DNA of 59,536 nucleotides, the filler included, from Dugesia japonica (lineage: Eukaryota): the NCBI GenBank assembly GCA_001938525.1. It is 6 parts of 6 records of this genome, joined end to end, with 100 filler letters (N's around TTAATTAATTAA, not from the genome) between each part and the next. Parts side by side here need not be neighbours in the genome. Positions count along the whole stretch, not along the records: positions 18,440 to 29,625 come from MQRL01595940.1; positions 29,726 to 38,524 come from MQRL01601298.1; 4 more parts are not named here. The stretch is one strand, 5' to 3'. The translations under genes and the position numbers were made by a program. Positions 25,086-38,624 of this stretch are shown piece by piece (position 1 is the stretch's first letter; each line of letters opens with the position of its first letter). The notes under the pieces are model-generated. The model did no database searches and was not told where the DNA came from. It saw only the letters and a program-made list of their open reading frames with translations.

Positions 25086-28000
25086 GAAATCCAATTTTGC
25101 TACAACCGAATCTCGATTTTGATTGGTTTTAAATGGTTTTTATCCAAAAATTGCTAATGAAGTCAAATAAGGTAAATTTTTGGTTGGTTCAGGCGAATAT
25201 AGTCAAATATTTCCTCAAGATTGGTAATGTTTAAGGGAATCGGTCAATTATTTCCTTGGGATTTGTCAGTTTAGGTACTTTATGGGCGTTTTGATCAATT
25301 ATTTACTCGAGAATTGTCAATTTGGAGCAATTTTGAATGATTTTGTTCAATATTTCTACCAGATTGGTCATTTTGGATACGTTTTGAACAATTTGGTCAA
25401 TTATCTACTAGGTTTAAATAATATTGGTCAAATATTTCATCGGTGATGTCGAATAAGGTCAATTTTTGGTTGGTTCAGCTGAATTTAGTTGAATATTTGA
25501 TCCATTTTTGGTTGGTTCAGGGAAATTTGGCTAATTTTTTTGGTTGATTTCGGTTAATTATTTACTCCGGAATGGTCAACTTTGGTCAGTTTTGGGCGAT
25601 TTAGTCAATTTGTTCCTCACAAGGGTAAGTTTGAAGGATAATTTTCTAGTGCTGGTCAGTTTGAGTTGAAATTTAAGGAAAATCTTGTGAAAAGTTAAAT
25701 TTGTTTAAATTTTCAATTTTTTTAAAATTTTTTTTATGAGAATCTGGACCAACCGAACAAGTTGTTTAAATAATATTAAAATTTTTAAATTTTTTAAATT
25801 AATTTTTAATGGGAATCCGGGATTTCCCAAATTTAGTTCTATTTACCCCTTTTTTACTTTGTTTTCTATATATTCATCATTTACTCCTATTTTACCACTA
25901 TCTTTCCCTGTTCTGCCCTATTAACAATATTTTACCCAAAATTGTCCGATTTCGCCCGATTTGTTTTATCGTTTACTCAATTTCCCAATATTTTGCTGGA
26001 TTTTCCTATATTTTCTTTATATTTATTTATTAAGTTTCAAATAATAATAATAACTCATGGTTTTTTTTATTGGATAAAGGATTAAGTCTATTATAATTTG
26101 AGTTCAATATAGTTTTCAACATGAACATACTAGGTTTATCTTGTGAAATATAGATATTCCATTCGATACAATTCTTCACTATTTGCTTGCTTCTCATTCG
26201 AGCCTTACTTGCACGCTAGTTTATTTGCTTACTCTTTGGGTTTCATGTTCTTTTTAAAATGTAATTATAAGTGACAGTTTTAGTAAAATCAATCTTTAGA
26301 CTATGATGTAAACATTATTATATGGTTTTGATATGGAAAATATATGTTTCATCATTAATTATGTACATATCATAAAAAATACAAATTTTACCATTAAAAA
26401 ATATAAATTTGGAAAATATTTAATAGAGTAAATCTAGTCACTAATTAAACTGCATTTATTCTATACATAGTCATTTAATATACTTAATTTGTCTACTTTT
26501 TGTTATTATCAATTTTGACGTATTTCTTACCATTTCGATCATTTACCCTATATTTTCCTTATATGCCCCTATTTAGCTATATTTCCCATTATTTCCACCA
26601 TTTTCTATCTTTTACCACTATTTAGTTATATTTAGCTATATTTAACACATTTTAACTATTTTATATTTGATTTTAATGTATATTTTCATAGACCTTACTT
26701 CAATAATCTTTTAAAAGTGTCATATATTAATAAAAGAAGACAATAAGACTGAGTGAGACCTAATATGATATGCTTTTTATTTAAAATAATATAACTATTT
26801 CAGTATATTTTATTCATCTGATTATCTTTCTGCTTCTTTGCTTGCTCTTTGATTTTATGGATTTCTTTTTATTTAAATACATTATTATCAGTAATGTTGT
26901 TAGAAAATATAAGTTCAACATAGAAAATACGATTCTTATTATTTGAAATACTTAATTCAGCATTAAAATATAGGTTTAATGGAAAACAGTGATTTCATCA
27001 TGAAAATACTGGTTTTAACAAGAAAATATGAGTTTTGTAATGAAACTATTGTTTTTATCATTGAATATAAGACTATTAAACCCGATTTATTCAATAAAGC
27101 AATTGCTGTAAGCAGCCTTTACTACATTACATTTTATTATTTAGAACAACATATTGACAAATAAATAATACTTATTCAATTATTTCTTATCAAAGTTAGA
27201 TTTTACTTTATTCCTTAATATGTTTCATTGTATATAATTACAAAAATGAACAAGAGTTAGACGAAGTTAGTCAGAATTTACACGAACCTTTCTAAAATGA
27301 TAAAATCCTATGTAAAAGAGCGGGAAAATAATTCTACAATTTACTAGAAGTTTTTTAAAACTAGTCCAAATTTCCACAATCTTTTTCATCATCGTTGAAA
27401 ATTTACAAGAACATTTTAATCATCATTAAAATTTTCCACAAACGTTTCTAAAGTTAGTTAAAATTTAAATAAACTTTTCTGTAATAATGACTTTAATACT
27501 GACAAATGATTATATACAATCTACCAATTGTCCACTCAATCAATTTTACTTTGATTGCACTATCAATCAAACCAAATAATTCAGTCGATCATTCACATAT
27601 TTTTCGACCTTAATATAATAAAGTCCTTTGAAAGTATAGGTTAATTCCAACTAATATACATTATTTACCTATTAATCATACTTAGTATATTCGTTATCAT
27701 AAGATTTAAGTCATAGTATACAACTCTCACTATCCCCAAGTTTTAACATACATAGTACTTGCTATCAACAAGTCAATATTCGCTTTCATCAAGTCTTAAT
27801 ACATAAAGGTCACTATCAACAGCTATTAACATATACAATTTTCATTATCATCAAGTGCTAACATACACAATACTCTCTATCATCATTCATATATTAATTA
27901 TTCAGTTAATGGTTTAATCTGTTCATCGCTTATTCAATATAGCCAATTCTATTCTATTTTCTATTCTATTCAATTCTATTATTTACACTGAATATATATA

Positions 28001-29095
28001 CTTTACAACTAATAACTTGAATAAATTGATTAATTATTCGACTTCATATAGTAAAATTTATTAAACAATATATTTCTAATGTGTTTATTAATCAATTAAT
28101 CACTTACTTGGAACAAAAATGTATTCAATCATTTAACCTATTATTAGTCTTTAAACTTTAACAATTAATTTATCCATTTAAATATTTCTAAAAGCAATTA
28201 GTTAAATCTTCAAAGAAATTTTATTCAATNTAAAATTATAATCAAATCAATAACTATTTGAGTAACTAATTTGATTCATTGAATTTAAGTTTAAAATTAT
28301 TCTTATTTATTGTAATATCCTAATTGAAAAATAAAAAAAAGATCCTTATTTATTTTAGTATTTACTGAATGTAATACCATAAATTGTAAAGATATTTCCT
28401 CTATATAATTGTAAAAGTTTAAAATTTTATAAAGTAGTACCAAGATTAGGCATTTATATGTGAAAAGGCATCAATTTTCACTTCTTATTTAAAATGTCTA
28501 AAATTATTGTATTTTACAATTAAAATTAAAATTTTAGATATTTTTCTCATAATTATTTCAAATTATTTAATGCTTAATAAAAATTTCAATTATTATAATT
28601 AAAGTTTGAAATTAACTATTTTCATTAAGGTTAAAGATTGGCGCTTTTTAACCACGTTATTCTTACTAAGCATTAAATTCTCTATCTAATAGTTACTTTG
28701 ATGTTTAAATTTGATTTAAGTTTTTATTTTCATTATTACTCGACTCTTATTTAAAAGACATAATTTTAACTATTTATTTGAAATATTATTCTAAAATTAA
28801 TGTGTTTTCACATAAATTCAAGTTGTATGTACTTTTACTGATAATTATTTGAAAATTATTAAATCTTTCATACTTAATCTATTTTATCAATTATATGAGT
28901 TATTTCCAATAATTGTTTAGAAAAATATTTTAATGAATCAATGCTAAATAAAAAATCTCTCTTATAAATTTAACATTAATTAAAAAATACATGTGAAATT
29001 AAATTTGATTTAAAAATATTTCAAAGTTTCATCAATAATTAATAAACATTTTCTATTATAATTTTAATTTAACCATAAAAAAACAATAAAAAATC

Positions 29096-29540
29096 GATTT
29101 CACCGAGAGAAGTTACCATTCCCTTGTAATTAATTGACCGATTTGTTTGAAAATGAGCTACGTTTCCCTGAACCAACTAAAAATTGACCAAATCGTCCAA
29201 ACATTACCCAAATTGACAAATCCCAAGGAAATATTCAACCAAATCACCAATCCCAATGAATAATTTGACCAATTCACCAAAGAATTACCAATCTTGAGGA
29301 AAAATTCGACCAATTAACCCAATAATTGACCAAAATAATCATTCCTGAGTAAAGTTTAGATAAAAACCATATAAAACCAATCAAAAATTGACCTCATTCA
29401 ACCTCACCGAGCAAATCCCTAACTAAAAAGCCTAAAAAATTTTCCCAACTAAAACCACAGGAAAAAGTAGCCTCTCTTAATCCTATTACGTAAAACTTCA
29501 CCGATGAAAATAATCTCATGACATAATTTGTGTGCAAATA
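29096..29540 (-). repeat. Right arm of long inverted repeat
   Basis: Reverse complement of 23717-24290 with internal indels. Confidence 0.85.
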
Positions 29541-29625
29541 ATTAAATGTAAATAAATAAAACTTTTATAAAAATACCAATTATATATTTTAATCTAGTTT
29601 GTTATCAATATCTGATAATTGTAAT

Positions 29626-29725
29626 NNNNNNNNNNNNNNNNNNNNNNNNNNNNNNNNNNNNNNNNNNNNTTAATTAATTAANNNNNNNNNNNNNNNNNNN
29701 NNNNNNNNNNNNNNNNNNNNNNNNN
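29626..29725. other. Artificial contig-joining spacer
   Basis: 44N-TTAATTAATTAA-44N. Confidence 0.95.
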
Positions 29726-29929
29726 ATTTATGGATGGTCTTATAACATTTTGTGTGATAATTTGCTGTGTAAGGTTTATTTGATCTATTCTCTGGAACTA
29801 TTTTCAAGTTTGTTTGATTCGGTTGAATTTTCTTTCGGTGACGTCAGTTTTAAGTGAATTCAGATGAATCTTTATCCAATGAAGTAGATTCGGTTACATT
29901 TTTACTGCTTTAGGAAGTTTTAGTGGATA

Positions 29930-30270
29930 ATTTGCTCAGCGATGTGGAATTGGGTCAATTTGGTAATTGTTGGTCAATTATTTCCTCGGACAGGTCAGTT
30001 TGGGTATCGTTTGGATAATCCTATTTAAATATTTCCTCACAAGGGTCAGTTTTTGGTGAGTTTGAGTGATAATTTACTCGATCCGGTCAGTTTGGGTTTA
30101 ATGTTTTGTGGAAATTAGTAGGAAAAGTCCAACTTATATAAATTTTTAAGTTTATTAATTTTTTTACGGAAATTCTGGTGAACCGCCCATGTTGTTTAAA
30201 TAATATTAAAATTTTATTTTTTTAAATCATATTTTAATTGAATTTGAGTGAACATACCAAATTTCAAAAT
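29930..30270 (+). repeat. Further copy of the modular repeat family
   Basis: Collinear with 25550-25830 (TTCCTCACAAGGGT...GTTGTTTAAATAATATTAAAATTTT). Confidence 0.7.
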
Positions 30271-32259
30271 TTTTTTGAAAATTTATTTATCAAGATTTTC
30301 TCATTAATCTATTCAGAATGATCTCGGGATTATTTCTAGCTAAATAATACTTTATTCGAAAAGTATTTTATGCTCAAAGTTAATTTAAAAATCTTAAAAT
30401 CTTGTCTGGGACCGAGAAAAACTTGATAAAGTCGATATTTTTGGCAATTTTTGAAAATACTTCTTCTCTTATAGTAAGGAAACATACATTATTCATAAGA
30501 AAAGTTTTCATTGATCACGAAAGTCATCCCCTAAAATCGTCAAACTTAATTTTGATAAAGAAAATTCAAAAAACATAGTCAAAAATCCCGAGGATGCTTA
30601 ACCGACGCAGATAAAAAAATTATATTTTAAAACTTTCATCCAAATTTATTGATTCAAGTACTATTTGATAGAGAATTTAACACTGATCTAGAATATATAC
30701 GATCAAATCAAATTACTTTGAAGAGAATTAACATATTTTAATTCTCACTAAAAAAAATATCTCAAATTTAATTATAAACTAGATATAGAATTTTTCCCTG
30801 ATTCCAAATATGTGAATATAAAATTATCATACCTAACAGATAAAATGTTATATTGAAAAAAAAATTAATTAAGGAGTCTCTACCGAGGAACATAAAAGTA
30901 ACCTAATTATATACTTGGTGAGATCGAGGCGGTATATTTTAAATTAAATGTTAGATAAGTTTTGTTCATAATTTACTATTCATTGGTATTTTGTATCACT
31001 TATTATTTTTCTAACAACGTACTAGTGCTTAGTCATACATACTCTACTCACTGTTCACTGGTTTTCTCGTTCTTCACTCAAATGCCCTGTTTACGATACT
31101 TGTGGGCATATTCGATATTTTGATGCATGACTCTGGCAAGCTTGAACCTACCTTCAATCCTGATATTGTCGGGAAAAGTGTAGTATTTTGTTCTTTAGTT
31201 ATATTGGCTGGGGGATATTAACATTAACATTAATATAGCCCAGTCTATTTATAACTATATGAATGCATTAATCACAATTCAAATTTCAAAAATAAAATAG
31301 TCAATCTGAATATATGCGTTGTGCATTAAATGATTCAGACTCTGTGTGCGCTTTTTTGCGTTTAATTCAATATGTTCTAGTCATACTTTTCGAATACACA
31401 AATACACTCTACACATACAGTTTGAGAACCAATGAAATAGAAAATCATCTTCAATCAATCAACACGATGGTAAAAAAATTAATGAAAGAATCACATGTAA
31501 ATCACAAGCTAAAATTGTGTAAGGAAAATTCAACAAAGCCTCCAACTATCAATTGTTAATTAAATTATATAGTCCTCTCTCTTTATAACGATATGTTCAT
31601 AGAACAATATTCATTGGATCAAATTTAATTAATTTGTATTTTAAAATCTTAAAATTTTGAGTGATATATATATATAATTTCATAAAATGTTTTAACTTGT
31701 TTCTCACTACATTTAAAATTCTAAAGTTTTTTCTATACTCTCAAATTTTACTTATATATATTTATATATTTTTTATATTTATAATTTTAAAAATTAATGG
31801 ATTAATATATGTTCTCCATTAATTTTTAAAATTATACACCAATCGTGCTGGAAAAATTACATCCTCGTTATACCGATATGCTCATTAATACTTGTATTAA
31901 GAAAATAATTCTTTACTAAACCGATTAAAACATTTTTATTTCATAGAAAATAAAAAATAAGAATTTTTAATCTATAAAATCTACTTACAAATTATGAGTA
32001 AAATAATTGTGAAAATTTATTTCTTGAAAAGTTTAATAAAATATTTAATTATTATATTGACCAACAGTTATTTTGTAAAACCATATTTTTTATATTTTCT
32101 ATGGAAAAAATTGATTTTAATTTTTTGTGAAATACTAATGATTGTTGACCTTTGCTATTGTCGATTGCTTTATTAGTGATCGTTTATAAGAATAGTCTCC
32201 TCGAATTTTCATCCCGTAATTCCATAAGGCTTTTATTACCTAAAAAGGTCAATTAAAAA

Positions 32260-34893
32260 AATGAATTCTTTTGGAAATAAAACTGATATTGTTAACAGCA
32301 ATCACACTAATTATTTTAAAAAATTTGGCTAATAACTTGATTGATAAGAATAAAGTCTCTGAAATTGAAGCTAATTATTCCCACCAAAAGTTTTTAAAGA
32401 TAGTGTTGGAACTACCCAAAAATCAGGTTTAGCTTCTTATTATTGAAAGAAACTAAACCTAGCGATGGCTATACTGTTGAAAGCAATAAAGGTAACTTTG
32501 AGAGATATTCTAAAAATTAATTTTAATTTGAACCTTAAATCATTGAAAAATCAGAAACTTCTATATTCTCAAAAGTTTCTAATTTAGCTCCTGATTAGCC
32601 AAATGTTGATTTATCGATTTCTGAATCACAGAAGAGCTTAAATGATTGATCAGATAAGATTACTTCTTTTACTCCATTGTATTTTGACTTGCCTCAGAAC
32701 TTTATTGGTGAGATCTCTTATCCTCTCTCTCCTATCTTGTCGTACAATCATTGTGCTGATGTATCTGTGCATGTTATATTCAAGCCAGCAAAAAAACGAC
32801 CAATTAAACGCAATTATTACCTATTCATACACAAACGCCAGAGAAACTGTGTTGTAGAGACTGATTCTCCTAAGCCTTTTTCGGTTTTTAATTTCCAAAA
32901 TACTTTGCCCTCTGAAGTTTTGTAGAGAGAATTTTAGTTTTTCTGATGATGTTAAAAGTCCTAATAAGATATCTTCTGCTCAGAATAAGAAAGCGGCTAC
33001 TTAAAAGGCTAATAGTATCACTTTTCTCTCTATGGAATGTGATTTTTAAAAATTTTTAAAATCCATCACAATTGTATCCGCGATCAAACTTTTAAACGAG
33101 CACTGAATTTGCTTTGTTTTTGATAGAAATATTGGTAGTGCCTTCAATATTGACCCACTTAAAGTAGCTTTTATATAATATATAACTGCTAGTATGCATA
33201 TGACTAACGAGCTTAATAGATTCATTGATGAAACTGTTGAGGTCTTTGATGAGGAGGTAATCAAAAGATTCCTTTTTGATACCAATCTAATGGCTTGGAC
33301 TGCAAAACCTCAAGGACTCCACTTTAAACATCTGCTACTGAATTTAATCTCTTTTGCCAACCAGAAAATGACTCATTGACCGGAATAAGTGATCATCTGA
33401 TGGATATTAAGCTGAATGAGGTAGTAATTCGATTCCATCGAGCTCTTCTAATTTAGACTTAACCACTTTAGAGTTAAGGGTCGGAGCATTATCATGATGC
33501 AGAAATACACGTTTTATATTTATTAAAGCTGGATAACCAGTGGCCAGAACATCATAAAGTCGTTCCAATTGTTCAGCTTACAGATTTATATCCACAGCCT
33601 GGCTTTCTGGAATTAGATCCTATAATACTTGAATGTCAAAATTTAACCATAGGGATAACATCAACTTGTATTTGAATCTTCCATTTTTAGCAAACCATGA
33701 TGTCTTCTGACCTGGCTGATGTCACTACCTTTTGAAAATTGGATTTCTGAAATATATCTACTTTTCATCACCAGTTATGATTCGTCTACAGAACCTGTCA
33801 TCTTTAGGATCATCCAAAAACTTCTTGCAAATTTCTTATCTCCTTTGAGTTTGTTGATCAGAAAGTTCATGGCAAACAAATATGGGTTTCTTATTTGCAA
33901 AACCAATTTAGTGAAGGTGCTGAACCATTGTTGATTGAGACATCTCAAGTAAAGCAGCCATTATGCAAGTGTTTGTGTATGCATTTTATTGAAAACATGG
34001 CAATAAAGCTTCATTTATCAGGACCGATGGCCTTACAGAACCTGACTTGTCTTCCAAACTGGTATTGCAGTCATTAAATATACGAAACTATTCCCGTACG
34101 GTGACTTTTGAGACTATTTCAGGACCTTCAATTTCATATGTTTCATGGCTGTTGCTCTTACGCTTAGACCATGTTTCCAATAATGAGGCAGGATACCGCA
34201 AGTTATGATTTTTTCTTCCGCCATATTGTGAGCTTCTATGATAACATTTGTTTGAAATTAAATCTATAATAATTCACTTACTATATAAAAATAAATAATA
34301 TAACTTTTTTAAAATAACGATGCTATTTTAATTAAAATAGACAAAATAAAAACTGTCCAGGAACCTTTGACTTAACCTAGTAGTTCTTTTGTCTGCCGCT
34401 ATGATATTAAACTTTACATTGGTGATCCTCAATTTAACTTGGAGATTCAGAAAGTTCAAGAATTTGTTGAGGGGCTTGAGATTACTTCTAAGAAACCTTG
34501 TGAGTTTGATGCAGGTCAACCTGTTTCGTCATCACGTCTTAATTCTCTTATCACTGGTATTCAGATTACGGTCAACAAACTTGTTTACTTTGCTAGTGCT
34601 CTTATTTCTAATAATAATTATCTTACTGTGTATCCGGTATTATCTTTGGCTTGTATTGATCGGGATAACAACTATAATTTAGGAACAAGGTCATAAAAAC
34701 CTTTTAAGAATAGTGAGATTTAATTTTGTCCATTTCGTAGTTCAGATAAGAAATGGATTCTTTTTGTTTTTAACGTTGTTGAAAAGATTTATTTTTTTCT
34801 TGACTTTGGTCCTCCTGAATGTGATGTTATTTTAGAAGCTGACATTATTAGGCACCATAATTTGATGTCTGAAATGGTAAGAGTAGCTTTATA
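32260..34893 (+). pseudogene. Long decayed coding region, probably transposon-derived; possible Ulp1-like protease motif at the 3' end
   Basis: Chain of + strand ORF fragments; FCPFRSSDKKWILFVFNVVEKIYFFLD resembles the Ulp1 P....HW.L.V......I...D motif. Confidence 0.35.
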
Positions 34894-35688
34894 GTTTGTG
34901 GTTACATTCACTCTATTTCTTACTTTTTTACAAAGAGGGGTGTTGATCTAATTACATCTAAAATTAATAATTTTTCCAAAATTAAACTAAATATCAAAAA
35001 ACAAGAATGGAATTCAGTTTATTAAAATCACGAACCAAAACAAAGACACTAAATTTGATATTTTACTAAAATCAATTGACAAAAGTGTCATCAGCACTTC
35101 TGAAGAATATTTCTACAGATTTGTTTACTCTGTATGTAATATTAAGTCAAAAATATTAATATTAAAATCAAAGGCAAGTATAGAAACAACGAACTCAGTG
35201 AGGTAGATCTGAATCTAAGAGACCGATTCAAATTCTCACAAAAGGCAATTTTTAGCTAATAAACAATAAGGTTACTGCTGATTGTTTTCCTATTCAAGCT
35301 GATCTTGAGTTTTACATTCACTCACTGGTCCACTCACTGATTTAAGACTATGCCCCATATCAAGTCCAGTGATGAAACTTTGTTTGTTTGTAATGATGCT
35401 GCCAACATAAGACACATTTTTCTTAATTTGTTTGTTTCTGCTTCTGGCATTAACAACATTACTTACCAGAATCTCAAATCGATAGTCCCGAATCGTCTGT
35501 TGGTAAATAAAAAACTTTTCCAACTTACTGTCAAGTAGAATCACTCATGAGAGTTTGTGAGTTTATAAAATTTTGTTGTATGAACATTGACGATTAAGGT
35601 ATTGTTTACTGAAATAAGACGATTTAAGATACATTGATGTACTCCGTTCAATCTAAAAAGAATTAAACAATAAATTAAATAATAACTC

Positions 35689-36500
35689 TTACTTTATAAC
35701 AATTATTTCAAGAATGCATAGCATTGTTTGCACCAATACTGTTCCGTTTTCTTTAATCTGAACTTCTTTTTCAAATACTCCACAAATGAGAACATATGCC
35801 GATGTTGTTAAAGCTTTTGCAAACTTGATATATAATCTCAAATTTCCTTGTTGAGGTAATTGACTCTGATTTATATCAAAATCTGGAGCAAGNNNNNNNN
35901 NNNNNNNNNNNNNNNNNNNNNNNNNNNNNNNNNNNNNNNNNNATTCCACAATTCATATTCTTATCCAAATATCCCATATTTCGTACTATAGATTGCATAT
36001 ATTTTGTGGCATAATTTACGTTTGTAACATCATGAGTATATATTTCTCGATAATCAGTGTTTTTCGATAAGGAAACAGAAACAGCATCTAGATTTTGAAA
36101 TGTTGAACTTAAGCTTTTATAACTACCATTATAATGTTCACCGCTTTGAAATGTAACCAAAATAAAGCTAAGTAATCGACGATCACCAAAGATTCGTTCC
36201 TTATAAAATGATGAACTATCTTTACTTATTGCAAATGCAACGACTTCTTTGGTTCTTATTGGATAAACAGCATTTTGCTTTTTTAGACCTATTTGATGAG
36301 AAATTAGTACTTACAGTTCAACAAGTACATGCCTAACCATTAATTTTGCATGTAGTAATAAATATTTAGGCGCATTGAATGTAAATTCCAAACAAATATC
36401 AGCATCTGCTCGTTTTGATCGAATATGAACATTGACATCAGGAATAAGGTATTCCGATTGATCCATGAAATCAAGTTGCAGTGATCCATATTTTTATATT
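35689..36500 (-). pseudogene. Maverick major capsid protein (double jelly-roll), C-terminal two-thirds
   Basis: GSLQLDFMDQSEYLIPDVNVHI...AKLMVRHV...NAVYPI...YNGSY...LAPD...GNLRLYIKFAKALT...VLICGVFEKEVQI. Confidence 0.85.
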
Positions 36501-36573
36501 TGTCTTGAGAATTAACAGTTAAAATAAAATTTTTTTTCTTTATTGGTAATATCAAGTATTAGTTCCTTCTCAA

Positions 36574-36783
36574 TTATTGTAAATAATTCATAATCAATAC
36601 TAGATTGACTGTAAATCGGCATAGCTGAAATATAAAGGCGAAATCCATCATGGCAACTTCCCATTTACCATCCATATAAATTGGATTTTGAAGCTCAACA
36701 ATGTAATTACTAGCAGTATTATTTGGATGAACTAGTGGACTACTATTACTAGGTAAAAGAGTATAGAAATTATTTGATTTCAT
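36574..36783 (-). pseudogene. Maverick minor capsid (penton) N-terminus
   Basis: FYTLLPSNSSPLVHPNNTASNYIVELQNPIYMDGKWEVAM, the canonical FY..LPSNSS...P.N..S.F...L..PI.L.G.WEV motif. Confidence 0.85.
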
Positions 36784-37267
36784 CTGAACTTTTGTCTTTT
36801 TATTTTATCTGTGTTGTTACTATTCAAATTGGTTTTCGTATTTATATCATTTTACATAATATTTTGTAATATTTTAGTTCCCTTTGATTAAAATGGAACA
36901 GCTCTTGTAAATCTAATGAATATACTGATAAAAGACAAAAATATACTTGTAAAGTTTATTAATCATTTCAATTAGATACATTTATCATAAATCATTAACA
37001 TCATAGTCTTTATATGCTCTTGTTGAAAATCTTTTCAACATTGGCTTGTTCAAACTGTACAGTAGATAGACAGATAACAACTTTTTTGTCTGTAATTTCG
37101 ATTTTTGAGCTGCTTTCACCAATTTTTCTATGCTTCGAAAACTTGTCGGGTTTTTTGGATTCGTCTATATAGTCTTCATTTTTGTCTCCATTACCACAAT
37201 CTGGTGCAAATTTCAAGTCAAAATTAGCTAATGATTGCAATACACCCATTGTTCATTTGAGTTAAGG

Positions 37268-37565
37268 TTATTGTTCATTTGCAATTGGTAGCAAAGCTGT
37301 TATAAAATCACCACCTTGATTGTTCATTACTCGTCTCATTGACTTTATATTTTTGTGCTTACAAGAGTTAAAAAAGTTTTTTATGTTTCTTTTATGTTTT
37401 CTTTTTATCTGCACTCAAATCTACATTACCACAAACAATATTTATTATAACTTCAAGTAAATCATCTATAACATATGGTGGGAATAATTGTAAAATTCTA
37501 ATTCTAAAAGGCTTTGATGATTTAATCAAAGCTGTAAAAAACGGAATGCTTCTTTGTAATTTCAT
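37268..37565 (-). pseudogene. Conserved small Maverick protein
   Basis: DLLEVIINIVCGNVDL...MRRVMNNQGGDFITALLP matches the E...N...GN..L...Q.GGF...LLP family. Confidence 0.65.
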
Positions 37566-38319
37566 CTTTATTTATTAAAATAATACATACCATTTATATG
37601 TTTATAATTGTTTTCTGTTCATTATTTGCAGCTTCTTTCCACTTCATTTTGCAAGTTTTTAAACATATTCCTTTTATTAACTTGTTGTTTTTTATTTGCA
37701 TGTTTTTTATTATGCGATGGTCTTTCTTTTTTCCATACATTTTCTTATCAAAATATATTTTTGACGTTCAACAACACCATCAGTTACTTGATTAACTACA
37801 AATCTCTTTAATTTTGTCATTTTTTGAAATATTATGAAAAATTACCTATTTTGTTTATATAATATGATACCATTTGGATTGAATATATCTGTTCTTCCTT
37901 TATAATTATCTAGACATTGTTGTGTAAAGTCAAGAAAACTTTATCCATGTGGTAATGTAATAACTTAGCTCGTGTTTACTCATGGCTTTAGATCCGTAAG
38001 TAATAACTTTTTCTTCACCATCTTTATCATTTTCTCTTAAAACTGAACCTATTCTATCAAAGCTGACATCAGTATTTATTATAAATTCTTAACGTTAATA
38101 AAATTCATTTATGAATATTATTGATTATTTTTTTATAGGTACAACGTTAATAAAAGTCATTTAGGGATATTAAAAATTTTACTAATAATTTATTTTATTT
38201 TGCTATTTGGACTGATTAGAAACCTATTTAGATAAATTAGAAATTAATTTACTAGGTGAATTTTTTTTCTTTAAATCGAATTTTTTTTAGTAATTATAAT
38301 AATATTGATAATTTAATTT

Positions 38320-38516
38320 AGTCTGGTAAAGACTTGTTTCTTGATTTATTAAACAATAATTTTGATAATTTAAAAACTAGTTTCTTGATTTATTAAAATT
38401 AATAATTATTTTTAATAGTCTGTTAAAGACTAGTTTTTACTTTTATTTTTCAAATTATTTTAAAGTCTGTTAAAGACTTGTTATTAAAATTTTGAAAGTC
38501 TGACATAGACTAGTTT
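38320..38516. repeat. Four spaced palindromes AGTCT-N5-AGACT
   Basis: Copies at 38320, 38417, 38464 and 38497, upstream of the Maverick 2 gene block. Confidence 0.75.
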
Positions 38517-38524
38517 TTGTTAAT

Positions 38525-38624
38525 NNNNNNNNNNNNNNNNNNNNNNNNNNNNNNNNNNNNNNNNNNNNTTAATTAATTAANNNNNNNNNNNNNNNNNNNN
38601 NNNNNNNNNNNNNNNNNNNNNNNN
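38525..38624. other. Artificial contig-joining spacer
   Basis: 44N-TTAATTAATTAA-44N. Confidence 0.95.
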
